Below, in pieces: positions 1-10,170 of a stretch of DNA of 64,000 nucleotides. The stretch spans positions 304-64,303 of the forward strand of contig DATDWZ010000008.1 in assembly GCA_036517295.1 (NCBI GenBank), written 5' to 3'. Source of the DNA: Minisyncoccota bacterium. Its GTDB lineage: Bacteria; Patescibacteriota; Minisyncoccia; Phycocordibacterales; DATDWN01. The notes under the pieces were generated by a model, which saw only the letters and a program-made list of their open reading frames with translations, searched no databases and was not told where the DNA came from. The position numbers and the translations under genes are program-made. Each line of letters begins with the position of its first letter. The stretch's first letter is position 1.

Positions 1-245
1 GTTCGAACAATTCCTCGACCAGAGCCTTCGCGACCTCCGGAGTCCGCGCTTTAGAGCGCAGAGAATCTGTGAGCGACCGTTCTTCTTCAAGCAGCGTGCG
101 TTTACGGCTCTCGAAATCTTCCTTGTTGAGAGTGCCGTCAACGAACGCGTCGATGAGACGGGTCAACCGCATCTGTATCGCGCCGATTTGCGCTTGCAAA
201 TGTGACTTCCGCTCGTCCTCACTCGCGTCGTCCTGCCGCTGAACG
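1..245 (-). pseudogene. Fragment of a large serine recombinase (coiled-coil region), running off the window start
   Basis: Manual minus-strand translation gives ...LQAQIGAIQMRLTRLIDAFVDGTLNKEDFESRKRTLLEEE..., the typical LSR coiled-coil pattern. No start or N-terminal domain is present upstream. Confidence 0.6.
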
Positions 246-248
246 GAA

Positions 249-1214
249 TACACCTGCCAGAAGTGTAAGAACAAGATTCCGGCCGCTGACCTCGAAACCG
301 TGTTCCGGGAACAGCTCAAGGAATTCTTCCTATCGTCCGAGGAGCTGACCAACTACCTCGAACAGGCCGACGAGAAGGTAGTGGAGAAGCGCGAACTCCT
401 GGGAACCCTGGAGACGGACCGAGCGACCGTCCAGGCCGAGATGGAGAAGGTCTACAAGCTCTACGTCTCGGACCAAATCAGCGCCGATGGGTTCGGCCGG
501 ACATACAAGCCGCTCGAAGAACGCCTCAAGGCGCTCGACGACCAGCTCCCCAGGCTCCAGGCCGAACTCGATTTCCTGCGCATCAAGAACCTCTCCCGTG
601 ACGAAATCGTAAGCGAGGCCCAGGACCTCTATGGCCGGTGGTCGGATCTCCTGCCGGAGGAGAAGCGCCAGATTATTGAGAACGTGGTCGACCGCATCAC
701 CATCGACCTTTCATACGTTCCCTCTCCCTCTGAAATAGCCACAAAAAGGCAACGCGACCACACCCCTGCGTTGCCTTTTTGTACGGCGACCATGAGAACC
801 GAACGGAAGCCAGAGGGATATCCCAGTGTTCTCAATAACTTAGCGGACCATTTGAAGAAGAGAATCCTCGACCTCGGAACCAATCAGAAAGAGGCGGCGA
901 GGCAGATTGGCGTCGGGACCGGGAGCTTCACGCATTGGATGAGAAAACACCGCAACCCGACCATTCGTCGCTGGCCGAAGGTCATCCAGTTCCTTGGATA
1001 CGACCCACGGCAGGCGTCGGAGGGCATCGGACAGGGCCTCGTTCGATGGCGACAGGGCAGAGGGATGTCACAGAAGGAATTGGCGGCGCAGCTCGACGTT
1101 GACCCGACCACGCTGGCCAAGTGGGAGCGTGGTGAACGTTGTCCGTCGGGCGACCGCCAGATGCAATGCACCATGCTCCTGTGCAATCTAGGCTTTCCGC
1201 GATTGCATCTGTAA
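249..1214 (+). pseudogene. C-terminal part of a large serine recombinase fused in frame to a tandem XRE helix-turn-helix protein
   Basis: YTCQKC zinc-ribbon half, coiled coil (KVYKLYVSDQISADGF) and EKRQIIENVVDRITI, then two HTH_3-like units (QKEAARQIGV..W; MSQKELAAQLDVDPTTLAKWERG). An in-frame stop at 240-242 removes the catalytic domain. Confidence 0.7.
741..782. mobile_element. attP-like palindrome at the recombinase/HTH junction
   Basis: Perfect 15-bp inverted repeat ACAAAAAGGCAACGC (741-755) / GCGTTGCCTTTTTGT (768-782) around a 12-bp spacer. Confidence 0.55.
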
Positions 1215-1218
1215 GCAG

Positions 1219-1247
1219 TTGACAATAAAGGACTTAGGAGGTACTCT
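1219..1247 (+). promoter_or_regulatory. Sigma70-type promoter
   Basis: TTGACA-17 bp-TACTCT upstream of ORF 1322. Confidence 0.55.
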
Positions 1248-1321
1248 AGTATTAGAAATCGTCTCGTCGGTAGGAGGAAGCGTTCCTTTTTCGAACGTTT
1301 CCTCGCTGCCTAGGAGGCGAC

Positions 1322-1525
1322 ATGCAGGACAAAGCGCAAGACTGCCTTCGATTTGAAGAACTACTTCGGCGTCTGGAACTCACAGACGACGAGGTCGATT
1401 TCTGCCTCAACCATCCGGGGGCGTGCGCGATTGGCGTACACACCCGAGAGGCTCAGACTCGGACCAGAAACGCCTTGCTGAGGTGGGTCGAAAGTCTCGG
1501 TCAACGGAGAGAACGGACCACGTAA
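1322..1525 (+). CDS. Small hypothetical protein (67 aa)
   Basis: AGGAGG Shine-Dalgarno before the ATG, with its own promoter and terminator. Confidence 0.55.
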   Translation: MQDKAQDCLRFEELLRRLELTDDEVDFCLNHPGACAIGVHTREAQTRTRNALLRWVESLGQRRERTT

Positions 1526-1545
1526 CTTGCCACCGGCAGGTCCTG

Positions 1546-1571
1546 AAAGCCACCATTGCGGTGGCTTTTTT
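1546..1571 (+). terminator. Intrinsic terminator
   Basis: AAAGCCACC-attgc-GGTGGCTTT followed by a T run. Confidence 0.7.
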
Positions 1572-1867
1572 GTGCTCTCGCGTCCCTACATCTTGCCAAA
1601 TAGACGAGACTTACCGGCGGCAGCCAAAAAAGATTCCCACGCTCGTCCAGGCCGGCCGAATATCCTTCCGTGAACGCCGCGCACTGTGCCATGGATGAAC
1701 ACAGCGAGCCACAGTTCAGGGACCTTGAGGAAGTCTTCGCGACCGGCGAGGACCAGGCGGCTGAGATCGCCCTCGAAAAGCTGCTTGAAATCCATGGACA
1801 CCGCGTCCGCCATTTTCTTTACAACGTCACGGATGTGGATGGCGCACATGAAGAGATATACGGAGAC

Positions 1868-2806
1868 GCTTACGCGCAGGCGATCGACGACACGACCACG
1901 AACCAAATCACCAAGAAGAGTACCGAGCTAACGAAGAAGGTCATCACAGACAAGCTCAGACGCAGCTTCCAGGACGAACTGGTCGGCCTGGAATTCACCC
2001 ACCTCGCGGTTGAGATCCAGGCAGCGGGCGGCGCGAAGGGTGCGCTCCTTCACAAGCTGGCTTTCAGTAATGCTCCTGGCGTCACCGTCACAGATGTTCT
2101 CAGCGAGGGCGAATCGCGGGCCCTGTCCCTTGCGGCGTTCTTGACCGAATTAAGCACGGCCCCGACAAAGGCCGGGATCATATTCGACGATCCTGTGTCC
2201 TCATTGGATCACGTCTGGCGGGAGCGGATTGCCAAACGACTCGTGGCGGAAGCGAAGGACCGCCAGGTCATCGTCTTCACGCACGACCTGTTTTTTCTTC
2301 GAAGTCTGCTCGCAACATGCGACAGAGAATCTGTTCCGCTTCAACATCAGTACGTTCGCCGCGATGGCCAGGCTGGCATCTGCTCACCTGACCTCCCGTG
2401 GGTCGCGATGAACGTGAAGAGCAGAATTGGCGTCCTCCGACAGCGCTGGCAGGCGGCCGACAAGCTCCAGAGAACCGTGGGAAACCAAGCGTACGAGCCT
2501 GCTGCCCGCGAAATATTTGGTCTGCTTCGCGAGGCCTGGGAGCGTGGCGTGACCGAAGTCCTGCTCAATGACGTCGTCGAGCGTTACCGCCCTGCAATTG
2601 AAACGAAGAAGGTCGCGATTCTGCACGACATCACGAATGCGGACTGCAAGGCAGTTGATGATGGGATGGCAGAGTGCTCGCGGTGGATGCGTGGACATGA
2701 CGAGTCGATGGCAGACGGGACGCCGTTTCCGACGCCGGCACAGCTTAAGACAAGGATCGACGAACTTGAGGGCTGGGCAAAGGGCATTCGAGCCAAACGG
2801 ACCTGA
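1868..2806 (+). pseudogene. C-terminal fragment of an SMC/Rad50-like ABC ATPase (AAA_13 type, common in defence loci)
   Basis: Signature LSEGE, Walker B/D-loop IIFDDPVSSLD and H-loop VFTHD are present. Walker A is absent, and the first 66 aa of ORF 1670 appear unrelated. Confidence 0.7.
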
Positions 2807-2925
2807 GTCGACGGGTGGCACTGGCCGCACATCAGGCTGCTTCGCCACGGCCTGCTAGGCCATGCCGTGGTCAGCTTGCCGTCGTGATGGCCGCGTGAAG
2901 ATTGTTCAGGCGTTCAAAGCCGCAT

Positions 2926-4074
2926 TTACTGCCAAGGCCACGCGCCTTTTGCGGCGAACCCGAGAAGCACAGCCGCGGCTCCCCAAAGTACCGCCCTGTT
3001 ATGGACAAGTCTCAGGCTCACGGGGTCGTGTGTGGCGCGCACTAGAATGGGCAACACTGCGCGGTCGACCACAAGTACCACAGCCATCACTAGAGTTCCG
3101 AATGGGATTAGGGTTACGTAAAGATTCGATTCCGCTGCTATCGAAAGTGGAGCAGCAAGGAACTCGACAACGCCCGAAGGTATGGGCAGCACACCATTCA
3201 TGGCGAGCATCAGGGGAATGCGCGGCAGGATGTTCAGGGCGACAAGTAGACCAAGACTTGAGACGATTAGGCCGAATGCTCGCCACCTGCTCGATCTCGA
3301 TGCTCGCGTGAGAATCCGTCGAAAGACAGCGATGACTGCGAAATCTGCAAGGGCTCCGATGAGCCAGCCAGGAAGAAGTGGAAGTAGGACCGCAGGCGAG
3401 GTTACGAAAACATACTTTGTGGTGCTCGTAGGCTGTGAGCCGACCTCGATAGTGAACCAGCCGCCGATGTGGACCGCGAATGGGGAAAACAACGGTGAGA
3501 ACGACGCAAATAGAGTCAAGCAGATTAAGAGAGCCAAGGTCAGATTCTGAAGCGCCCTGGCGATGATTAGCCAGAACCGTCTTGTGGCAAAGACAGTCAC
3601 AACAAACGTCGAGGCGAGTATCGCCCCGGCCGCGCTGAGGAAGAGCCCGGCGACCTTCGCTGATGCTCTGGTGATCTCGCTTTGCACTATGCCGCGCAGA
3701 AATTGAAGGGGCTCGCCGTCTGTGAAATCATCCGGCGACAATAAGAACGCAATAGCGTACAAACCAACACCTTCTGTGACGAGCACTGACGACAGTGACA
3801 GAAGGAGCGCGGCATTGAAGGCGCGTCGAGACCATATGGTTGGGCCATAGACCTTATTGAGGAGGAGCGTTCCTATCGAGGCAAAGCCACGCATCCAACC
3901 TAAGTGACGGTTCGTTGTTGTTGCGCGGACTTCGGCAAGTCGGAGCCACCAAGTCTCCAGCGAGCTTTGGAGGACGCCTCGTTCGTCTGGGAACATGAAT
4001 AGGGCGATGTAAATCAGCAATAAAGCTGCACATAGTGCGAGACCCCGAAGAACGACCTCGGCTACGAGCAGCAT
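2926..4074 (-). CDS. Multi-pass membrane protein of unknown function
   Basis: 382-aa GC-rich ORF with many hydrophobic segments. Confidence 0.6.
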   Translation of the reverse strand: MLLVAEVVLRGLALCAALLLIYIALFMFPDERGVLQSSLETWWLRLAEVRATTTNRHLGWMRGFASIGTLLLNKVYGPTIWSRRAFNAALLLSLSSVLVTEGVGLYAIAFLLSPDDFTDGEPLQFLRGIVQSEITRASAKVAGLFLSAAGAILASTFVVTVFATRRFWLIIARALQNLTLALLICLTLFASFSPLFSPFAVHIGGWFTIEVGSQPTSTTKYVFVTSPAVLLPLLPGWLIGALADFAVIAVFRRILTRASRSSRWRAFGLIVSSLGLLVALNILPRIPLMLAMNGVLPIPSGVVEFLAAPLSIAAESNLYVTLIPFGTLVMAVVLVVDRAVLPILVRATHDPVSLRLVHNRAVLWGAAAVLLGFAAKGAWPWQ

Positions 4075-4696
4075 GGCTTTATTTCAATGAAAGGAAAGTG
4101 CACGAGTCCGGCCCGACGCAGAGAATACATCAGTCGCCTCAGGCAATCAGACTTTCCACGCCGGGGCGCCAGTGGTGGGCGGCTCCGGGCAATGGAGTTA
4201 AGCACGAGCGCACCGGCGCATCTCGGTGCACTTCTCTCTTCGCCCATTCCCAGGGTTCTCTCGCGATGCGTTTGACTTCGTCGATGGAAAGATCAGACAC
4301 CGGTTGACTGGTGTTCATGATGGTGGTGGGTTAGCTGATATGCCGCCAGCAGCATCCTGAATCGTACCGCCAGACCGCGATCTGTCACCAATTCCTGGCC
4401 GCTGAAGCTCCTTCTTGGCCCAGTCGAGGAGAGCGCGAGCTTGTACGTTCAATTCCTCGGTGTCATACTGGACGGATGAATTGGTCGAATCGGTTCGAGC
4501 CCTGTCCTGAAGACGGTCACAATCTTACGGAGTAAAAAAGTCACGGGAGTTGAAGCCTGTTTGAGATATTTTTAGAGTGAAACGAATAAAAATATCCAAA
4601 CACGGGGACTGACCGAGTAGCGGTCAACTCCCGGTAAGGTCACAAAGAGAAACTTCGGCAGAAGTGAGCGAAAAAATGGGTATATTTTCTGATGCT

Positions 4697-7600
4697 TTAT
4701 GGCACAATCCGAACAGAGTCTTTGGCTTGGAATAAGGCTCCGCTCTTGGTCTTACCATTCAATACTCCAGCAGTATCCTGGGCCTGGAAATTACTGACCT
4801 TGGTTGAGAAGTGACAAATCAAATCTTTCCTTCCGTCATTATTAACATCTTCACCATTAGAATTGCAGAGACTTAGGGACTTTTCATCACCGACATGGCC
4901 GAAAGTAAGAGAAGAAAGATCAATTTGAGTTAGGGCGTTGAAATTAACCGAGGAAAGAATCGCTACAGGAATCTTGCCACTACTTTTTGGATTAATTGGA
5001 TTCGGAAAACTGCCGGGCTTGATGTCAATTTTTACGACAATATCTTCTGGCGGGGTTTCAACAGGTTCGGTAATGACGAATGGTGAAAGAGAATTAGCAA
5101 CTCCGCAAATTATTTTATTTACCTTATCTGGATAACCCGATTTGGTTATGTCCACCCAGCTCGTACCGTCAAAATGCCTTAATTTAAGATTATTTTCATT
5201 TTGATAATTTACTCCTGCATAACTAAAGCAGACTTCAACGGGTGGAGTGTAGATGGCGGTAGTACTGATATCATAATAAATTGCCGGATTCCCTAACTTA
5301 AACTGTGTCGGCAAAGCCGGTCCAGCCGAACTAGTAGTAACCGTCGTTATGCCACCAGTTAAAACATTTGAGAATGTCACATTTACATTTGAATCAAGAG
5401 CAACAGAAACACCAGCGCCTGTTTCAGTATAACCCGGCGGTAATGGAAGCACCTGAACTTGCTGAGTTGCTTGGGCCGAATTACCAGCTTGATCTTGCGC
5501 CATCCAAATAACCACAGTGATTCCGATTGGAAATATGGCTGGAGCATTATTTGTCACCGTTGGATTTGGATCAATGTTGTCCGAAACAACTGGGATCCCG
5601 AGAACAACACCACTGGCACCGGCTGAACTTGTAGCCGGTACAACTACATCTTGAGGAGCTATGATGGTTGGCGACTCCGTATCTGCTGGCGGAATATACG
5701 ATACCGTTACAGTAAATGAAGCATTTGCTATATTTCCAGCAGCATCACTAGCTGAACAATTAACCGTATTTTGACCAATTGGAAATGTAGAGCCGGATGC
5801 AGGACTGCAGGAAAAACTAATTACGCCAACATTATCCGTGGCCGAAGCGTCATAATTAACTATGACGCCCTCGGGCGAAACAGCTTCAACGGTGATTGGC
5901 GCTGGTACTGTAATCGTTGGGGCTATGGTGTCTGCCGGAACTGTCCCGCAACTTATGCCGTTTTGATAACGCTGCTCTATTTCGGATGATGTAAGAGCAC
6001 GATTATAGATTTCCACCTCGTCCAGCAGTCCTGGAAATGGCTGAATTTGGGTATCAAAATTACCCAGTGTAAAGTTTGAGTTGAACACGAAGCCGGGGTT
6101 ATAGGAAATAACGGGTGTTCCCCCGCGCTGTGCTCCGGCCGCTATGCCGTCAAGATAAAAAGTCACTGTACCGCCACTTTTGGTGACAGCCACATGGTGC
6201 CATCCTGTGTCATTTACAGAGAGAGGAGCAGCAACCATGTCGAAACCGGGTTTGTCCAAGCTGAGTTGCCGAACCGCGGTCGCCCCATTAGTATTCACGA
6301 CGCTTGGGCCAGACAAGAAGAATCCGTAACCGCCGATCCCATATCCCGCGATTCTTTCGGCAAAGCCGTCAATAGACAAAGTATTGAGTTTGATCCAGGC
6401 ATCAATGGTAAAATCCTGGAAGCGAAGATTGACTGGATTGCCGATAAGTACTTTATCATCCACACCATCAAAACTAAACGCCTGGCCAACTTGTCCTGAC
6501 GCAAATGTAGCGCCACCTTGTAATGTCCCATTATTTACGCCGACAGCATCATTTGCATTTCCCTCGCCGGACCACTCACTAACTATTCCGGACAATGGAA
6601 CAACGCATGCCCCTACCACTCTCGGCACCACAGCAATGCCGTGCGGGCTACTGCCAAAACTTGCCAAAACTGTCGCCACTCCTGTGGTTGGATTCAGTTT
6701 AATAACAGCCCCCGGCTCATTACACGGATCATCGACTAAGAGATTGCCGGAATTATCAAATGCTATTCCTGTCGGACAAACAAATGGACCACCCGAAGCA
6801 ATCACCGTTTGCGCTCCTGTTGTGGGATTGACTTTAATTACCTTACCAATATTGTCAGACACAAAAATATCACCGTTAGGAGCAACCACGACACCTACCG
6901 GATCAACAAAATTTCCACCCGACGAAACCACAGTCCAGGCACCGGTTGCGGGATTGACGCGGATTATTCCCCCAAGTTGTCCGAAACCACTTACATCGGC
7001 CACCAGAACATCCCCATTAGGAGCAACTGTTAGGTAATACGGTCCTGCATTTTGGTCTGTGCTAACATAGACCGGTGTTTGTACTCCTGTTATTGGATTA
7101 ACTTTAATAACTCCGCCATAATAATTGAAGGCGTCGCTATCGGCCACAAATATATCACCGTTGGCGGCTACTGCCACGCCACGGGGATCAACAAAATATT
7201 GTCCCTGTGAGACTACCGTTTGGACTCCATTTGTTGGATTTATTTTAAATACGGCTCCACCTAAACTAAATGCTTGAGGATCACCGACAATAAGATTTCC
7301 GTCTCCATCAATAGCAACTCCCATTGGTTCTTCAAGATCAGGACCTGAATAAACCGCTTTTTGATTTCCTAAAAAATCAAAATGATAAATACCGCCCTGA
7401 TCGGAGGGAGCACTCGGGTCAGCGATAAACATATCACCGGGGATTAATGGCGTGGTCTGAGGAGAAACACTTTCAATAACTAATTTAGGTCTTAATGAAG
7501 CTGTGCCATAATCTGAAGAAGCAATTGTGTTAAGCCAAACACCCCCATCCCAAGTAGATCCTAACCTAGTAAACCCGATTCCGTGGTTTGTAATCGTTCC

Positions 7601-8176
7601 ATTTTTCCAACCATTATATAAATCTGTAATATCAACGGATACCCATTGATCATGTCCACTTTCATTTAACGCGCTAGGTGAAGCCGGAATATTCAATGTA
7701 CCATAAGACCCACCTAAAGTCGGACGATTATTCCAAGTTGCGCTCATTTCATCCCAAGATGAAGTAATACTATTAACGGTCCAACTCATTGCGGGGCACG
7801 AGCCGCCACCACAATTAGCAGTTGAATATAAATACAGCTTGGCAGATACTATGTCGCTAGGCAAAGTTGAAACATCAAATTTCAATATTGGATAACCGTT
7901 ATAGCTAGCGTAGTAATCAAAAATCAATTCGGATCTTGTTCCAAAATTCAGACCCGACCCAAGGTCTACATCGGTATCGCCATATCTAGTAAAACTAACA
8001 TAATTATCCTTTCCTCCAGATACAGTACCCTCATCCGTTCCATTATTCAAACCGCTGGATGGTTGAAAGACGATTTCAGAATTAGGCGCCGCCTGAGAAA
8101 TTGTAATGAGGCTAAAATTAAAAATTAAAACGCTTACAATTATACCAACTTTAAAACTAAAAAGTTTATATTTCAT
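4697..8176 (-). CDS. Large secreted or surface multidomain protein (DNRLRE-like, NHL-type beta-propeller, LamG, HYR-like domains)
   Basis: Signal peptide; LKFDVSTLP..SAKLYLY..WDEMSATWNNRP..RPKLVI; repeats of FVDPxGVAVAxNGDIFVAD; FTIDAWIK..WHHVAVT..GLLDEVEIYNRAL; DTIAPTITVP..SGSTFPIG; C-terminal IDIKPGS..INPKSSGKIPVAIL domain. Confidence 0.8.
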   Translation of the reverse strand: MKYKLFSFKVGIIVSVLIFNFSLITISQAAPNSEIVFQPSSGLNNGTDEGTVSGGKDNYVSFTRYGDTDVDLGSGLNFGTRSELIFDYYASYNGYPILKFDVSTLPSDIVSAKLYLYSTANCGGGSCPAMSWTVNSITSSWDEMSATWNNRPTLGGSYGTLNIPASPSALNESGHDQWVSVDITDLYNGWKNGTITNHGIGFTRLGSTWDGGVWLNTIASSDYGTASLRPKLVIESVSPQTTPLIPGDMFIADPSAPSDQGGIYHFDFLGNQKAVYSGPDLEEPMGVAIDGDGNLIVGDPQAFSLGGAVFKINPTNGVQTVVSQGQYFVDPRGVAVAANGDIFVADSDAFNYYGGVIKVNPITGVQTPVYVSTDQNAGPYYLTVAPNGDVLVADVSGFGQLGGIIRVNPATGAWTVVSSGGNFVDPVGVVVAPNGDIFVSDNIGKVIKVNPTTGAQTVIASGGPFVCPTGIAFDNSGNLLVDDPCNEPGAVIKLNPTTGVATVLASFGSSPHGIAVVPRVVGACVVPLSGIVSEWSGEGNANDAVGVNNGTLQGGATFASGQVGQAFSFDGVDDKVLIGNPVNLRFQDFTIDAWIKLNTLSIDGFAERIAGYGIGGYGFFLSGPSVVNTNGATAVRQLSLDKPGFDMVAAPLSVNDTGWHHVAVTKSGGTVTFYLDGIAAGAQRGGTPVISYNPGFVFNSNFTLGNFDTQIQPFPGLLDEVEIYNRALTSSEIEQRYQNGISCGTVPADTIAPTITVPAPITVEAVSPEGVIVNYDASATDNVGVISFSCSPASGSTFPIGQNTVNCSASDAAGNIANASFTVTVSYIPPADTESPTIIAPQDVVVPATSSAGASGVVLGIPVVSDNIDPNPTVTNNAPAIFPIGITVVIWMAQDQAGNSAQATQQVQVLPLPPGYTETGAGVSVALDSNVNVTFSNVLTGGITTVTTSSAGPALPTQFKLGNPAIYYDISTTAIYTPPVEVCFSYAGVNYQNENNLKLRHFDGTSWVDITKSGYPDKVNKIICGVANSLSPFVITEPVETPPEDIVVKIDIKPGSFPNPINPKSSGKIPVAILSSVNFNALTQIDLSSLTFGHVGDEKSLSLCNSNGEDVNNDGRKDLICHFSTKVSNFQAQDTAGVLNGKTKSGALFQAKDSVRIVP

Positions 8177-8626
8177 ATTATGTTATTAATTATTTATTCT
8201 TATAAAGAAAGGGCCCTTCACTGGCATTCTACCTCTTGAATTAATAATGTCAACCCCGAACGGTGTACTAGTTTCTCGCGCAGAATACTGATTCCTAGTT
8301 CATCCGAAAGTGACGCACAGTCGCGCTTCGGTCGGAGCCTTCATCATCCAAGACGGCACCAAGACTTCTCTGTACCTCGACGTACGAGTGAACGCGTTCT
8401 AAACGACCCATCGCGCACGGCCGGCCCCAGCCATCACGTTCTAAAGACAATTCGCCACCACGGCGACGGAAGATCCGTCACTGGGGAGGCGGATTTTTTG
8501 TTATGCAAATTTATTTTCTGAAATAACTTTTATATACGAAGAACCGGCGATCATACGACCGCCGGCGAGGGTATGTCTCCCTCTACTCGATATCCGTCGA
8601 GACGGAGGGTCGTCCTAACGACCTAT

Positions 8627-10069
8627 CTAGAAATGCAAGTTCACCGGATCCTGCGACTCGTCCTGCCGTCTGGCATAGTTCAGAGTGTCAAGGAAATCTG
8701 GCAGGTTCCCAAAGCCCCTCTTGAACCGATACAACAGATGGATGAGCTTCTGCTTCGGTTCACTGCCTTGTGGTGAGATGCGCCAGTGGTTGCTGGCTAC
8801 ACGAAGCGCGCGACTGACCATCTCTTCCGAATCCTGTCCGTTCGGCACGGCGTTCCTGAGTCGCGCTTGACTCAAGTTGACATGAGGTTGCCCTTTCGAG
8901 AAGAACAGGGCGTCCAGAACCTGTCGCGCAAGTTTCAGGTCCTCATCCGTGACTGGCGCAGAAGTCGGTGGAAGCCGCTTCTTCACAGTCATCTTCTCCG
9001 AAGCCGAAGGTTTTGGTGTGGCCGCCACCGACCTCGTTGGCGGAGGCGGAGCAGGTTTTGGAGTCGGTATTTTCGTAACCAGCTTTTGTTCCGGAATCTC
9101 GATCTTGGCCAAACCGGTCGAGACTTGGGGTCTCGAAGAAGTCGGTTCCGTCAGTGCCACCTTCAGTTGATTGAGGCGAACGACACACTGCTCGATCTCG
9201 GTCGCCATGAGAGCCAGATCCTTCGGGTCGCGCCTCTGAATTGCGACCAGAGTGGGAGGTGATAGAAGAACGTCCACTCCTTCCTGTGTTCTCTGGACAT
9301 ACCGCCGCATTGACCTGAGATAGTCCGCAATCAAGTGTGGTCTTTTGGCGTTGCCCACTTGCACACCCGCCTCTTCGGCCATCTGTCTGGCCTGAACACG
9401 CGCCTGATTGATGTTCAGTCTTTTGGTCACCACCATCCTTGCAATTTCCATCTGCAAGTCGTGGTGGAGGCCGGAGATGAACACACCAAGCGTATGGCTG
9501 AGTCGGTCTTCTTCCGAAATAGTCGGCGACATCATCGCCTGAACTTCTGGATGAAGCCGGAGAAGCGCGAGATGAGAGTACACCCAGGGTTCAGACCGAG
9601 CGAAAATCTTGGCGATTTTCGCAATCTGTTCACCGGGTGAGAAACTCTCCATTCGCTTTGACTTCCTGATACGGTTGATGGCTTGAGAGATTTCCAGAGG
9701 TGTGTGACTGGACCTGCCGAAGTTGCCGACCACCGACGCGACGAACTGTTCGTCGCTATCTTTAATTGGGCGCACCCAGGCAAGCATGGTATCCACCCCG
9801 GCCATACCGCAGGCAATCCACCGACGTTCACCGTCAACAAGCTCGTACTTGTGTTTCGGGTCGCCAATGACTGCTTTAACCACAATCGGGGTTTGCTGTC
9901 CGATTTCCTCGATGCTTGCAGCCAGGTCGTTCATGTCCTTGGCATCGAAGAAGTTGCGAGGCTGGTCGGTGAAACGCCGGATTTGGTTCCGGAGAATACG
10001 CTCAACCTTGCTGACTTCCGAACCGAGAACGCTAAAACCCGCTTCTGCTTGCTCTTGTGTGGTGGCCAT
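8627..10069 (-). CDS. ParB/RepB/Spo0J-family protein with a Pro/Thr-rich linker and extra C-terminal domain
   Basis: DQPRNFF..LAASIEEIGQQTPIVV..YELVDGERRWIA motif followed by an HTH region. AAGGAG Shine-Dalgarno; GC-rich. Confidence 0.8.
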   Translation of the reverse strand: MATTQEQAEAGFSVLGSEVSKVERILRNQIRRFTDQPRNFFDAKDMNDLAASIEEIGQQTPIVVKAVIGDPKHKYELVDGERRWIACGMAGVDTMLAWVRPIKDSDEQFVASVVGNFGRSSHTPLEISQAINRIRKSKRMESFSPGEQIAKIAKIFARSEPWVYSHLALLRLHPEVQAMMSPTISEEDRLSHTLGVFISGLHHDLQMEIARMVVTKRLNINQARVQARQMAEEAGVQVGNAKRPHLIADYLRSMRRYVQRTQEGVDVLLSPPTLVAIQRRDPKDLALMATEIEQCVVRLNQLKVALTEPTSSRPQVSTGLAKIEIPEQKLVTKIPTPKPAPPPPTRSVAATPKPSASEKMTVKKRLPPTSAPVTDEDLKLARQVLDALFFSKGQPHVNLSQARLRNAVPNGQDSEEMVSRALRVASNHWRISPQGSEPKQKLIHLLYRFKRGFGNLPDFLDTLNYARRQDESQDPVNLHF

Positions 10070-10170
10070 TGCTAGGCTCCTTGTGTAAGAACACTTACAA
10101 ACGAACCCCTACAAAGGGGCGCGAAGAATCTATGTTCATACTATATTCATGAAATATAAAGTCAATCAAT

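Noticed and set aside
2810-4600. Integron cassette array
   Set aside because: No convincing attC (RYYYAAC...GTTRRRY) pairs at gene ends and no integron integrase.
6384-7037. Long antisense ORFs (for example 6384-7037, 25620-26123, 31144-31818, 54037-54570, 58941-59395)
   Set aside because: They are shadows of well-supported genes on the other strand and have no recognisable motifs.
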